Positions 1-14,287 of a DNA stretch of 64,000 nucleotides are shown piece after piece (the stretch's first letter is position 1; each line of letters opens with the position of its first letter). The notes beneath the pieces were generated by a model that had not been told where the DNA came from, did not search any database, and was given only the letters and a program-made list of their open reading frames with translations. A program made the translations under genes and the position numbers. Source of the stretch: Octopus vulgaris (taxonomy: Eukaryota); NCBI GenBank assembly GCA_951406725.2, contig OX597814.1:144522001-144586000 (forward strand). The letters are read 5' to 3'.

Positions 1-343
1 CTGAAAATTGGACATATTGTCCATTTACCATATAATTTGTTTCTCAGTACGCACGCTACTCGAAAAAAGGCCGACAGAAATTTCTAAAAAATTCCATTAT
101 TACCATATCGGACAGATTTCAGGGTTAGTTCAAAAAGAACCCCCCTTCGTCAGTGATACATGTGGCAAAGAAGAGCGGAAAAAAATTATATGGTAAATGG
201 ACAATATGTCCAATTTTCGGCATATTTGGCATTAGAAATTTTTTCGTTTGCCCTTATTTATAAGTTGTTTATAATTTAAAGGTATTTTTTTAATATGCTG
301 GCCATTGATTAAATTTTTTTTCGAAAAAATTTTATCCTACATT

Positions 344-345
<2 letters not shown>
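1..345. mobile_element. Penelope-like/retrozyme-type non-autonomous element with inverted repeat (cut by window start)
   Basis: 1-38 (ctgaaaattggacatattgtccatttaccatataattt) is the reverse complement of ~183-220. The spacer contains a hammerhead motif and the element ends in (TA)n. Confidence 0.6.
104..160 (-). ncRNA. type I hammerhead ribozyme motif (minimal, slightly degenerate)
   Basis: Minus strand: tgtatca-CTGACGA-aggg..gttc ttttt gaac..ccct-GAAA-tctg-TC-cgatatg. Confidence 0.6.
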
Positions 346-381
<36 letters not shown>

Positions 382-394
382 CTATTTTTCTATT

Positions 395-888
<494 letters not shown>

Positions 889-1089
889 ATATGCATTATA
901 TATATATACATACCTTATATTCATATAAAAATATAGATTAATCAGCCGAAATTGCGAGGTTCTTGACTGAAGATAGAAAACTTCGAATGACCCGTCCTTG
1001 TTTTTTTTTGTATCGTCTATGTGGATGTTTTGTTGTCCCATTTTGTATCACCTAGTTGTCCGGACGTTTTCCGTTCTTGTCCCATGTTG

Positions 1090-1125
<36 letters not shown>

Positions 1126-1165
1126 GCGCACGTATACTTTGTACATGAATACATGTACATGTGTG

Positions 1166-1241
<76 letters not shown>

Positions 1242-1607
1242 TGCGCGTGTATAAATATATGCAGAAACATAGAGTACTCTATGCGTAATTCTTCACAATA
1301 ATAATTACACGGGTAAGAATATTCTTGGAAGATCGAGTTTTTATTTGTTTGTTTGGGTTTTAATATTTACAAATTTTGTCAAAATAGATATGATTTTTTT
1401 TTGTCTCATGTTTGAAATGCTCAGCGTAATTTCTTCGCTTTTTTGTTTTTAGCGAGGAAAGAAAGAACTTTGTATTACTTAGATATTCCATTTATAAGTA
1501 CAGATTTAGTTCTATGCTACCGCATGTCCGATCGCTGAATTTCTAGTTTTTGAGATTTTTTTGTATCACCTAGTTGTCCGGATGTTTTGCGTTCTTGTCC
1601 CATTTTG

Positions 1608-1650
<43 letters not shown>

Positions 1651-2005
1651 CGAATAAGAAGGGATAACCACTAGGTGGATAACCAATATGCTAGAAGAAG
1701 ATCACATACGATCTAACTACAAGGAAAAGAATGTTCTCTAGAGAAATTCAGCAAATACAAGAACATAGGCTTATGTTCTGGTGTTTGCTGAATTTTTCTA
1801 GAGAACATTATTTTCCTTTATGGTTAGATCGTAGATGATCTATTTCTAGCATATTGAATGTCCATTTAGTGGTCATTCCTTCTTATTCGCATGTAATACA
1901 ATTTTTCTAAATTTTCAGGTTTTTCTATATGCTAGGCCACTGGTTTTAAATTGATGTTAATTAAATTAATATTCGATTTATCACCCTCATTATTTTAAAT
2001 TTTAT
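1651..2005. mobile_element. fold-back (hairpin) element with AT-rich tail between TA/GATA microsatellites
   Basis: 1651-1889 is an imperfect palindrome centred near 1770; tail motif atgctaggccactggtttt is shared with 15089-15140. Confidence 0.65.
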
Positions 2006-2012
2006 ATATAAT

Positions 2013-2091
<79 letters not shown>

Positions 2092-2099
2092 CATGCATA

Positions 2100-2395
2100 T
2101 ATGAGTACAGGACGTCACCAACGGTGCAAATAACATACATGAGAGATAGCTACAAGATGTGGACTGTAATTACAGGACAAAAACAACTGAAATACGTAAA
2201 CAACGAGAAAAAAATGGAAAACAGGACAAGCTAACAGGAAAAAGGGACCCTTCATCAGTTGTCGGTTATCTATCTACTACTCATTTCGAGCATTCAGGCG
2301 ACAACATGAGTCTTGAAAGAAAGTAGCTCCCATAAATTCTAAAATGAAATGTAAGATTTATGGAGGATCGAAGATGGGGAAAAAATTAACATAGT
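2100..2395 (-). repeat. interspersed repeat family E (CTGATGA-containing structured element)
   Basis: Similar to 12460-12700, 60585-60850 (same orientation) and 59560-59785, 61715-61795 (opposite). Confidence 0.7.
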
Positions 2396-2399
2396 TTCA

Positions 2400-2640
2400 C
2401 GCTATCGACCAGACTACCGGATGTTGTTATACATCGCTGGTCACGATACACTTCACGTCGTTTTTGCTTTCGAAAGATGCTACCCTGCTGGCTATGTGAG
2501 CAAGCCAACATTCCCTCTGATCGGAAAAGTGAATGGAATGGAGCAACGCGAAATTGTTTTGCTCAAGAACACAACGCGAAGCCGGTCTCAAAATCAAAAC
2601 CACGACCTCACACCCTAAGCGCTAGGCCACTTGCCTTCAG
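2400..2640 (-). mobile_element. SINE family C, degenerate
   Basis: Similar to 27833-28133 (gaccagactaccggatgttgttatacatcgctggtcac...). Confidence 0.6.
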
Positions 2641-2645
2641 AATAA

Positions 2646-2880
2646 GGCGGTGACCTGGCAGAAACGTTAGCACGCCGGGTGAAATGCATAGCCGTATTTC
2701 TTCTGTCGTTACGTTCTGAGTTCAAATTCCGCTGAGGTCGACTTTGTCTTTCATCCTTTCGGGGTCGATAAATTAAATATCAGTTACGCATTGGGGTCGA
2801 TATAATCGACTTAATCCGTTTGTCTGTCCTTGTTTGTCCCCTCTGTGTTTGGTCCCCTGTGGGCAATAAAGAAATAAGAA
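2646..2880 (+). mobile_element. tRNA-derived SINE family B (Meta-domain-like)
   Basis: A box tggcagaaacg, B box gagttcaaattcc, then ctttcatcctttcggggtcgataaa resembling the MetaSINE/Sauria central domain. Confidence 0.8.
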
Positions 2881-2899
2881 TATATATATATTCTTTTAT

Positions 2900-3115
2900 T
2901 CTTTTATTCGTTTATTTATTTCAGTTATTTGGCTGCGGCCGTGCTGGAGCACCGCATTTAGTCGAACAAATCGTCCCCAGGACTTATTCTTTGTAAGCCT
3001 AGTACTTATTCTATCGGTCTTTCTTTGCCGAACCGCTAGGTTACAGGGACATAAACACACAAACATCGGGTTCAAGCGATGGTGGAGGACAAACACACAC
3101 ACAAACATATATCTA

Positions 3116-3194
<79 letters not shown>

Positions 3195-3358
3195 GACGGA
3201 ATTCTTTCTGTTTCCGTCTACCAAATCCACTCACAAGGATTCGGTTGACCCGAGGCTATAGTAAAAGACACTTGCCCAAGTTTGCACGCAGTAGGACTGA
3301 GCCCGAAACCATGTGGTTGGGAAGCAAGCTTCTTACCACACAGCCACTCCTGTGCCTA
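2900..3358 (-). mobile_element. SINE family A
   Basis: Full copy with internal microsatellite. Confidence 0.85.
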
Positions 3359-3687
3359 TACATGTGTATCAAAGTCTCATTATGCCCCCGCTAGGCTGAC
3401 TCTTTTCCACCGCAAGGTTCCTCATTTTTTCCAGCTGAGTGGACTGGAGCAATGTGAAATGAAGTGTTTCGCTCAAAAACACAAAACGTCTCCCGGTCCG
3501 GAAATCGAAAATACAATTTTACGATGACGACTGCATTATCCTAACATGATATTATTTATAGCTTTATGTGCTTCGAGATCCACCGTTCCAAAAATGAATT
3601 ATATTATGTTCGCTCAAAAGTGTTTAAATTCTTATGACGTCAACAATAGATAGATTGATTGACTGATAATTAGTTTGACAGACAGAC

Positions 3688-3772
<85 letters not shown>

Positions 3773-3854
3773 TTGTTCTATGTTTTTAGTGGACTTGACA
3801 AATCCTAGGGATCTTGATACAGACGTGTTTTTCAATATATCACTCGATGTAAGA

Positions 3855-4263
3855 AGGTAAGCTAGCAGACACGTTAGCACAAAATGCTTAGCGGTATTTC
3901 GTCTGTCTTTATGTTCTAAGTTCAAATTCCGCCGAGGTCGACTTTGCCTTCATCCTTTTGGGGCCGATTAAATAAGCACCAGTTACACACTGGGATCGAT
4001 ATAATCGACTTAAAATCGTTTGTCTGTCCTTGTTTGTCCTCTCTGTGTGTAGCCCCTTGTGGGTAGTATAGAAATAGGTATTTCGTCTGTTTTTATGTTC
4101 TGAGTTCAAATTCCGCCGAGGTCGACTTTGTCTTTCATCCTTCCGGGGTCGATAAATTAAGTACCAGTGAAATACTTGAGTCGATGTAGTCGACAAGTCC
4201 CCTCCTCCCAAAAATTCCGGGCCTTGTGCTTTTAGTAGAAAAAATTATTATTATTATTATTAT

Positions 4264-4334
<71 letters not shown>

Positions 4335-4565
4335 TTTCTCTTTTTCAAAGGTTTTGTTGGAGCAGACACGTTAGCGCGCCGGGCGAAATGCTTAGCGGTA
4401 TTTCGTCTGTCGTTACGTTCTGAGTTCAAATTCTGCCGAGGTCGACTTTGCTTTTCATCCTTTAGGGGGTCGATCAATTAAGTACCAGCTGTGTACTGGG
4501 GTCGATCTAATCGACTGGCCCCCTCCCAAAAAATTTCGGGCCTTGGGCCTAGAGTAGAAAAGAAT
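3855..4565 (+). mobile_element. cluster of three SINE family B copies with (AGT)n spacer
   Basis: Repeated gttcaaattccgccgaggtcgactttg...ggtcgat motif at ~3920, ~4104 and ~4424. Confidence 0.8.
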
Positions 4566-5117
4566 ATACCTCTCGATGCATATTTACAATACAGAAAGAG
4601 AGTTTTGTATGCATAATGCAGATCCAAGATCAGGATATAATTTAAAATACATGTAAAATACATGCAAAATATTCGTATAAATATATGTATTGACAAAAAT
4701 AAATAAATACAAGATGAAATGAATATAACAGCTTCGGATTTATTGCATTAATATTTCTTCGCCGGCCGGGAAAGAAAAATTAAAAAAGAACATTTTTACA
4801 TGTATATTCTTACAAGTATATTAGATTACATTATTACCGTTATGAATTATGCATACAGTACTCGGTGAATCTGTAACATAAAGATATGTATACACTTATA
4901 TATTTGTTTAAATACATTTGCATATATTTAAACATATGTATGGAGAGATTGGCTGATATGTATTTGTGCCTCTGTGTGTGTGTATGTGGTGGATTAAACG
5001 TACTGACACTGAAATTTTTAATTTTGAATTCTTTATCCTGAGTGGCCTCACCATGTTCCAATTAATTTTTCACCACGAACAATATATATCTATGCGGGTA
5101 TTGGGGTTGGGCTGTGA

Positions 5118-5196
<79 letters not shown>

Positions 5197-5279
5197 TGTG
5201 TGTGTGTATATATATATAGGTATGTATGTATGTATGTATATGTATGTATGTATGTGTGCGTGTATATTTTATCTTTTTA

Positions 5280-5490
5280 TCTTTTACACGTTTCAGTCAT
5301 TAGACTGGGGCCATGATGGGGCACCACTTTGAAGAATTTTAGTCGTACGAATCAACCTCAGTACTTACATTTTTGAAAAGCCTGGTACTTATGCTGTTTG
5401 TCTCTTTTAACGAACCGCTAAGTTACAGGGACGCAAAAACATCAACACCGGCTGTCAGGCCGTTGCCGGAGACAAACACAGATGAAAACA
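5280..5490 (-). mobile_element. SINE family A, 3' half
   Basis: tttcagtcattagactggggccatg...gaaccgctaagttac. Confidence 0.7.
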
Positions 5491-5514
5491 CTCATATATC
5501 ATCATCATCATCAT

Positions 5515-5592
<78 letters not shown>

Positions 5593-5598
<6 letters not shown>

Positions 5599-5683
5599 TG
5601 ATGAAAGAAACGGAAGATAGATTTAGCACTAGTCAATAAAGACTAGTGCTGAATCTATCTTCCGTTTTCTTCATCAGTTATTG
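5593..5683. repeat. hairpin/inverted repeat next to (AAT)n
   Basis: gatgaaagaaacggaagatagatttagcactagtc / gactagtgctgaatctatcttccgttttcttcatc, 6-nt loop. Confidence 0.75.
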
Positions 5684-5914
5684 TTATCTCAACCAACACT
5701 GCAGAATTCCTGACAGAGATCCAGCGGAAATATACCTTAACCGTGGATGACACCAGGTAGCCCAAACTTGTACGTGCTTTACCGGACACACTAATTGACA
5801 TATACCCATTAGTCCAAAAAAAATTATATGTATATATACATATATATGAAATTTAAGTGTATATTAGTCACTGGTAATTTAATATTTTAACTTATAGTGG
5901 TAATATATTAACGA

Positions 5915-8900
5915 GTTGTTGGCATCCTTTTGTCTCGGAAGACAATCGAGTTGCACATAAAATAATCCAGTCTGGTTTTTCCAGTTCATGTCCTTTACAT
6001 CTCCTGCTGTGGCTGTGTAGTCCTATCCTGGATAAACACTGGCAGGTGACGCAGATGTAGCGAAGACTTTGCCTGGCTGGTTGTAATGTCATAGCTCCTT
6101 GTCTTTTCTTGTCTTTCCATTGCTCCTCTCTCCCTCTGTCACTCCTTTGTATTCCCTTTTCTATGGTGCGTCGCCGATCTCCACGGTTGCTGGCAACCGC
6201 TTCCCAGTTGTTAATGTTGATGTCGCAGGCCTTTATGTCCCTTTTTTGCAGACATCCTTGTACCGTAAGAACGGTCTTCCAACAGACCAAGTGCCCCTAG
6301 TAAGCTCTCCGTAGAATATGTCCTTGGGAATTCTGTCATCTTCCATACGGCTAACATGTCCAAGCCATCTCATACGTCTTTGTGTGTTGAGTGCAAAGAT
6401 GCTTAGTATTCCTGCTTGCTTGAGGAATCTTTGTTGGGGACACGATCCTGCCATTTGTTGCCAAGGATTTTCCGGAGGCAGCGCAGGTGAAAGATATTTA
6501 GGCGACGCTCTTGGCGTGTGTATGGCGTCCAGGTCTCACTGCCATACAGTAGAGTGCTAAGTACACATGCCTGGTAAATCTTCATTCTTGTGGTCTTGGT
6601 CAGCTTATTGTTCTCCCATGCCCATTTGGAGAGTTGGGCCATCACAGCAGCTGCCTTGCTAATGCGTATATTGAGCTCGGCATCAAGGAATAGTTTGTAG
6701 GTGACAGCAAAGCCAAGATAGGTAAACTTCTCTACTTCCTGTAGTTTGTGATCTCCAATATGTATGTTTGGGATGTCCGATGTAGCCTGACCCATGATGT
6801 TGGTCTTCTTGAGGCTGATAACTAAGGCAAAATCTCTACATGCTTGCTCAAAGCAGTTGATAAGCCTTTGCAGGGCTTCTTCTGGGTGTGATACCAGAGC
6901 GGCATCATCAGCAAATAGCACCTCCTTGATCAGGACGCTTCTGATTTTGGTCTTGGCACGCAGACGCGAGAGATTGAACAGTTTCCCGTCACTTCTACAG
7001 TGCAGAAATACTCCAAGGCATGTGACAGCAGCAGCGAGAAGATGCTAAATAATGTAGGGGCAAGGAGACAGCCTTGCTTTACCCCGTTCTTTATTTGGAA
7101 GGCGGCTGATATTGAACCATTGTGCTGTATGGTACCTTGGTTATCATCATGGGAAGATTCGATCATCCTCAGTAGCTTTGGTGGACATCCGATTCTTTGA
7201 AGCTGGATGAAGAGGCTGTTTCTACTGACCAAGTCAAAGACCTTTGTCAGATCAAGGAAGGCCATATATAATGGCATTTTCTGCTCTCTGGACTTCTCCT
7301 GAAGTTGGCGTATGGAGAATATCATGTCAATAATTGATCTGCTTCTTCTAAAGCCACACTTCGATTCTGGATAAAATCCGAGAAGCAATCAGTTGTAGCA
7401 GGATTACGCGGGCAAAGGTCTTTCCAACAGTGCTGAGAAGAGATAATCCACGGTAATTGTTGCAATCATTACGGTCACCTTTGTTTTTGTAAAGCGTAAC
7501 GATGTTAGCATCCCGCATATTCTGAGGGACTGTACCCTCTTCCCAGTACTGACACAGAAGCTCATGAAGGTGCTGAAGCAGATCGGTGTTCTTGCTGGCT
7601 TTGATGAGTTCTGAGGGGATGCCGTCTTTTCCCGGAGCCTTACAACTGGATAGGGAGTCAATAACGTTGGTGAGCTCTGCTATGGACGGCAGACTGTCAA
7701 GTTCGCACATAGCTGACAAGATCTTGACACCCTCGATTGCAGCTACAGCGACTATGGTCTCTTGTGAGTAGAGATCCTGGTAGTACTCCACCCATCTATC
7801 CATTTGCTTGCTTTGGTCTTTGATGAGATCTCCAGTAGTTGATTTCAGAGGGGGTGACTTGGTTGCGGATGGACCGAGGGCCTTCTTCAAACTGGCATAC
7901 ATCACACGGGTGTCGCCACTGTCAGCAGCTGACTGGATACTCTGACAGATTTGCTGCCAATACCTGTTTGCACAGCGTCTGGCAGTCAGTTGGGTTTTAC
8001 TTCTTGCCTTTCTGAGTACTTCGAGTGTCTTTATAGAAGAATCACTCTTGTATTGCATCAGAGGTGCGCGCTTTGCTTTGATCACTGGTTCCAACTCTGA
8101 GAACACAGCCCTGAACCAATCTGCCTTTCACTCATGCTGAAAGTATCTATTGATGTGGTATACAAAGCCTCTCGGATATAAGTCCACCTACTTTCAGCAG
8201 AGGAGGATGGGCAGCCACTGAGAGCAGCCTTGATAGAAACAGCAAAACGTTTCCGCAGTGTAGGGGCCGAGGTTCTGGCAGTGTTAATGCGTGGTCGGCC
8301 CATTTTCTTGGGGTGATGGACTTTTTTAGGCAGACTCCTCACCCTGCTGCTTATTAGTGAATAATCTGTGTCACAATCCGCACTGTGATAACTACGGGTC
8401 AGTTGGACAGAATTTAGAAAAGATCGTGTGATGACGCGATCCAACTGATACCAGTGGTGAGATCTTGGATGTCCCCAAGATGTCTTGGGGGATGGCTTGT
8501 TGGCAAAGAATGTGTTGGTGATGCACAGGTTATGGTATGTGCAAAATTCAAGCAGTCTCTAACCATTATCATTCATATTGCCAACGCCAAAATGTCCGGC
8601 ACAAATGGACCATGAATCATGGTCAGGTCCCACGCGAGCGTTGAAATTTAGATGTTTTCGTTGGTTGGTATGTTTCTATTGACACAGTTCAGATCTTTGT
8701 AGAACTGGTCCTTAGTCCCTTCTGAGCTGTAGAGAGTGGAAGTATAGATGCTCAGTAGACTTACAGGGCCAGAAGACCTTAAGAAGCTCCTGGATAGGAT
8801 ACGCTCAGTGCCTCCTGATGGTGGTTCTATGCTGACGAGGTTCCTCTGGATATCTTCCCTGCCAAAAGAAGGTGAAGTCCTGTTCTTTGAGTTTTCCATC

Positions 8901-9175
8901 TGAGGGGAGTCTTGTCTCCTGCAGTCCAGCAATGTTTATGTTGAGCCTCTTTAGTTCGTGGTCGATGATGGTCGTCTTTCTTGTGTCTTCAACCCTGAGT
9001 GGGTCATCAGATATACCAGGGCACATGGTCCTGACGTTCCAGCTTGTTAATCGCAGAACTGGTCGTTTCTTCTCTTTTGATTGTTTGCCTGGTGCAGAGG
9101 TTGCAGGCCGCTTTTCAAGTCAAACTCTTAGCTCCAAGCACCCAATAAAGCAGGCAGCCTGTGGCGGGTCAATAC
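5915..9175 (-). mobile_element. RTE-clade non-LTR retrotransposon (APE + RT), near full-length, multiply frameshifted
   Basis: Minus-strand fragments: SWNVRT/LQETR and SADCDTD (APE); KAPGKDGIP, NYRGLSLLS, GFRRSRS, FLDLTKVFD, GVKQGCLLAP, LFADD, FTYLG, LLYGSETW, RWLGHV; C-terminal C2H2; 3' end gatgccaacaac. Confidence 0.92.
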
Positions 9176-9204
9176 CTTATTAACCAGGGGCTATATATAC
9201 TAGG

Positions 9205-9330
9205 GACTTCTTTCAGTTTCTGTCCACGAAATCCACTCACAAGGCCTTGGTCGGCCCGAGACTGTAGTCGAAGACAGTTTCCCAAGTTGCCACGCAGTCG
9301 GGTTGAACCAAAAACCATGTGGTTGCGAAG
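9205..9330 (-). mobile_element. SINE family A, 5' half
   Basis: ttctttcagtttc...aaccatgtggtt. Confidence 0.7.
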
Positions 9331-9343
9331 CAAACAATATATA

Positions 9344-10218
9344 CAGAGTGTGGTGAATAAATTGTCGTCTAAATAACGCGAGAAATAAAATAACACTGAC
9401 ACCCCATTTTAACAGATATATCTACCAAAATTACATAAGAATATCTTAAAATACTAAAGAGTAAATTTATTTTAATAAAATCGCCATTGGTTTTACCCAC
9501 GGACTCCAGACGACTTCAGACTCTCCTGCAACTCTTTTGGACGGTCTTCTTGCTTAAGTTGATCAATGCTACCATAATCCTTGCCTTCAGTTCATCTTTA
9601 GAGTTACAAGGAGTTTTGTTGGTCTCTCGCTCAACTGTGCCCCACACATAAAAATCAAGGGGGTTGCAGTTTGTGGAGCCAGGTGGCCAGGTGTTAGGGG
9701 TGATGTGGTCGCAGAAATTGTCTGACAGCCATGACTGGGTTCTCCTGTTTGTCTGGCATGGTGCAGAGTCCTTTTGCCAGACATAGGGTCTTCCAGAAGC
9801 TACCTTTTTTATCCAGGGCAGTACTACCTCCTCCAGGCACTTTATGTAGGCCTCCGTGTTGAGTCTGAGGCCGTGTGGGAAGATGCATGGAGGCATAATG
9901 TCGCTATCACAAGGGTTCACTCAAAACACCATGATGTTGACTGGATGCTTGATTTTTACCACTCTCGATACATGTACTCAAATTGCACTGTCCTTAGATT
10001 GACACCCAAACACTCTGAAACGTTCGTATTGGAGCTTCCATCGCAAATGTCAAGGAGTACAGCATGTCGTTTCCAAATTTCTGGCAGGGTGAATTGCGTT
10101 ATGGTGGCGTTTTTCTCATTCGGTGCCCAACTGGCCCTACTATACGGTGTAGCTGACAATCAATGCGCATGCGTGATATTAAAAATATAAAATGGCGACA
10201 ATTTACTCATCGCATCCT
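9344..10218 (-). mobile_element. Tc1/mariner superfamily DD37D (maT-type) transposon, internally deleted
   Basis: ORF 9516-9920 has WQKD-SAP...WPPGSTNCNPL-DFYVW with 37 aa between the two Asp; HTH fragment 9956-10159; degenerate TIRs cagagtgtggtgaataaattgtcg / cgacaatttactcatcgcatcctg flanked by TA. Confidence 0.85.
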
Positions 10219-10241
10219 GTATGTATATGTGTGTATTTATG

Positions 10242-10281
<40 letters not shown>

Positions 10282-10284
<3 letters not shown>

Positions 10285-10447
10285 CGCAGGAGTGGCTGTG
10301 TGGTAAGTAGCTTGCTAACCAACCACATGGTTCCGGGTTCAGTCCCACTGCGTGGCATCTTGGGCAAGTGTCTTCTGCTATAGCCCCGGGCCGACCAATG
10401 CCTTGTGAATGGATTTGGTAGACGGAAGCTGAAAGAAGCCTGTCGTA

Positions 10448-10521
<74 letters not shown>

Positions 10522-10745
10522 CTTCTGTGTCTGTGTTTGTCCCCCTAGCATTGCTTGACAACCGATGCTTGTGTGTTTACGTCCCCCATCACTTAGCGGT
10601 TCGGCAAAAAGAGACCGATAGAATAAGTACTGGGCTTACAAAGAATAAGTCCCGGGGTCGATTTGCTCGTCTAAAAGCGGTGCTCCAGCATGGCCGCAGT
10701 CAAATGACTGAAACAAGTAAAAGTAAAAGTAAAAGTAAAAGTAAA
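10282..10745 (+). mobile_element. SINE family A, full length
   Basis: tRNA head (tggctgtgtgg A box, ggttcagtccc B box), CORE-like segment, internal (TA)n, tail (AAAAGT)n. Confidence 0.88.
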
Positions 10746-10819
10746 TATGCTAATGTTTACATATAGACACATGTGTGTATGTATGTGTGTCTATATATAT
10801 GCATATATTATTATAATTT

Positions 10820-11030
10820 ATTTATTTCATCGTGTAGCCATATGACAGCCAATTTATTAATAAATGGTCTCATGCCGAAAATGAAAAGGCAAATTCAGAA
10901 ATCATCAGATATGGATGAATGGCATCAAACAGCCTGGACCATATTTTTCCATACTCGCATATTTAATGATTGATGAGTTTGCCTCTCTATTTTCGACATG
11001 AAACCATTTAGTAATAAAGTGACTGTTACG
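10820..11030. repeat. repeat with partial inverted copy; direct copy at 14017-14130
   Basis: ttatttcatcgtgtagccatatgacagcc...gatgaatgg recurs at 14.0 kb; 10965-11030 is an inverted diverged copy of 10843-10905. Confidence 0.7.
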
Positions 11031-11349
11031 AGACTATTATATACAAATAAGAGTACTTTAGTGCATACATACACACACACAAAACAAATCAGTTTAAATC
11101 TTCGTGTGAGTGTGTGTATGCGCGCGTATATGTACATGCGCACACATTGCAACTATCTTTTTCCTCGTTTGATTTCATTGCTTAGGAAATCGAGGTAAAT
11201 GACTACTAGACTATCCTCGAGCTGATGATATATTGTAAAAATATCGGAGCTCTTTGTAAATGGAACTGTTTGTAAATGCATGCATACATACATACATGCT
11301 TACATACATAGATGCATACATACATATATATACATACGTGTGTGTGTAT

Positions 11350-11860
<511 letters not shown>

Positions 11861-11874
11861 ATGTGACTTCGTGA

Positions 11875-12065
11875 GTACCGTTGGCGATTTTTTTTCCTCT
11901 GTCTTCCCTTCTCTGGATCTTTCCTTCTCCTATGTTTCCGACGAAGAGCTCCACTCGAAACGTTAAACCCTCCTTCTTTCCTTCTTTCCTGAGCGTCCAA
12001 TAATACTATATTTGTTCCACGTCCTCGCGTTGTTGTGTTTTTTTTGTGCTTTCTTGTTTGGATTA

Positions 12066-12070
<5 letters not shown>
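11875..12070 (+). mobile_element. short hammerhead-bearing element family F ending in (TA)n
   Basis: Nearly identical to 28945-29135; gttt-CCGACGA-a-gagc tcc actc-GAAA-cg-TT-aaac at 11934-11968. Confidence 0.7.
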
Positions 12071-12114
<44 letters not shown>

Positions 12115-12189
12115 CATATATATATTATATAATATATATATATATATTATGATATATATATATGCATACATAAATATATATATGCATAC

Positions 12190-12442
<253 letters not shown>

Positions 12443-12459
12443 TATGTACATGCATATAT

Positions 12460-12700
12460 GGGTACAGGACGTTACCAACAGTAAATAACATGAAATACGA
12501 GAACAAATGAGTTCAATATGCAAACAACGAAAGAAACAAATGGAAAACGGGACAAGTAACACAAAGAACGACCTTTCATCAGTTGTCGGCTGTTTACTCC
12601 TCATTTCGAGTACTGAACGACAATATGAGTCTTCCCATAAATACCAAAATAAAATTTTGGATTTATGGAGGGTCAAAGTTGGGAACAAAAACAGGACAGT
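12460..12700 (-). repeat. interspersed repeat family E
   Basis: Similar to 2100-2395. Confidence 0.7.
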
Positions 12701-14157
12701 GGAGACATAGAAGTAAATCATACGAAATCAAACATGAAAGACCAGAACGAGTGTAAAATAGCGAACGCTGAATAAATATTTTCATAAATGTATATGTATA
12801 TATATATACGTTTATGTATGTATGTATGTATGTATGTATGTATGTATGTATGTGTGTGTGTGTGCCTGTGTGTGTGTATGTATGTATGTATGTATGTATG
12901 TATGTATCAAATGCATCCAAATTGAAAATTGCGACTTAGAATCATGATCTAGGTTGTTTGGAGCTCAAAAATGTTGCTCTCCGAACAGAAATGTTGGAAT
13001 TGGAATTGAAGTATTTAAAAAATATTTAAAGAGCCAAAAAAATCCCTTAGAAAGCAGAAATCCTCGATGTAGATCTACATGTTCAAATTTCATTTTTAAA
13101 ATATTGACTCTTCCATAGTCAAGAATAGGAAAGTAATTCTATTATGTTATAGGGCTTTTGAAATTTCGGAAAATATTTATCACATAACCCCATCCCCCAT
13201 CTTAGTGTTATGGGGAAAAAATGTGAAAGAATATTATATTTCTCTTTATAAGCGTTAGATATACTCATCTAAGGGTTTCTACTGCTCCTCGCAAATTACT
13301 ACATAGCAATCATTCATATCTCTGAATATTCTGCATCTCTGTCTGACTCAGCTCAAGATGATATATACATCGAGTATAGGGCAAAAGGCGGAAACAATTC
13401 GTTATATTGATATTGATTTAAACGAGACAAGATTTATTTTAAGAGTGTTTTCATAAATTTTTCTAACAATGGAAAGATACTTAAAACACGATGGGAGTAA
13501 TTTGAGATCATCTAGTAAAAGATGAAATATCGCTACAAAATTGTTGATAATAATGCTGCGCTTACAGCTGGCTCTTATAATGATGTTCAACTGAGTTAAT
13601 GGGGAAAATTATTTTTTAAATGCAATAATCATTCTCCCGATTTGCATAGATGGCAATTTATATTTTTGTACAATCCAGTTGCTTTATTTCTGTTGTTTTT
13701 TTTTCCCCCTCTTGTTGGCCAATCTGTTGGAAAGAGCTTATAGATACTACGTTAATTGTCATATTTGAATCTGAAATTTGATGGAATTTCCCAACGGAAA
13801 CTGTGATGCAAGTTAATTAAAACATTGATATAATAGAGAAACTTTTGCAAAGATGGGTTGTTTATCAAAATCAGACGATAAGGTAGTTTTTAATCAAAAT
13901 TTAACTTATAATTTTGGGGGTTTGCTCATATTTTCGAATAACATACTTATCGGATTGACCGTGTTCAAAAGAAAATCGAAGATCATAACACAAACCTTCG
14001 TAATGCTGTCTGCGTTTTATTTATTTCATCGTGTAGCCATATGACAGCCAATTTATTAGTAAATGGTGTCATGCCGAAAATGAAAAGACAAATTCAGCAA
14101 TCATCAGATATGGATGAATGGAATCAAACGTTTTTAAAAACGGTATTGGATCATTAA

Positions 14158-14287
14158 CCCTTTGAGCCTTGGCCTTCTGAGTCTTATTTTACCATATACC
14201 TGGCACTCCACCGGTGCTATGGCGTAGAGCGGTGCTACGGTATAGAGAAGCCAACCACTGGTAAACCGGTGTTACAGGTTCAAAGGG
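14158..14287. mobile_element. piggyBac-type MITE
   Basis: TTAA|ccctttgagcct ... aggttcaaaggg|TTAA. Confidence 0.75.

Noticed and set aside
960-1000. CTGAAGA...CGAAT hammerhead-like motif
   Set aside because: GAAA box and stems I/III not convincingly present
10960-11010. TTGATGA...GAAA hammerhead-like motif
   Set aside because: Stems cannot be paired reliably and the better-conserved copies lack GAAA
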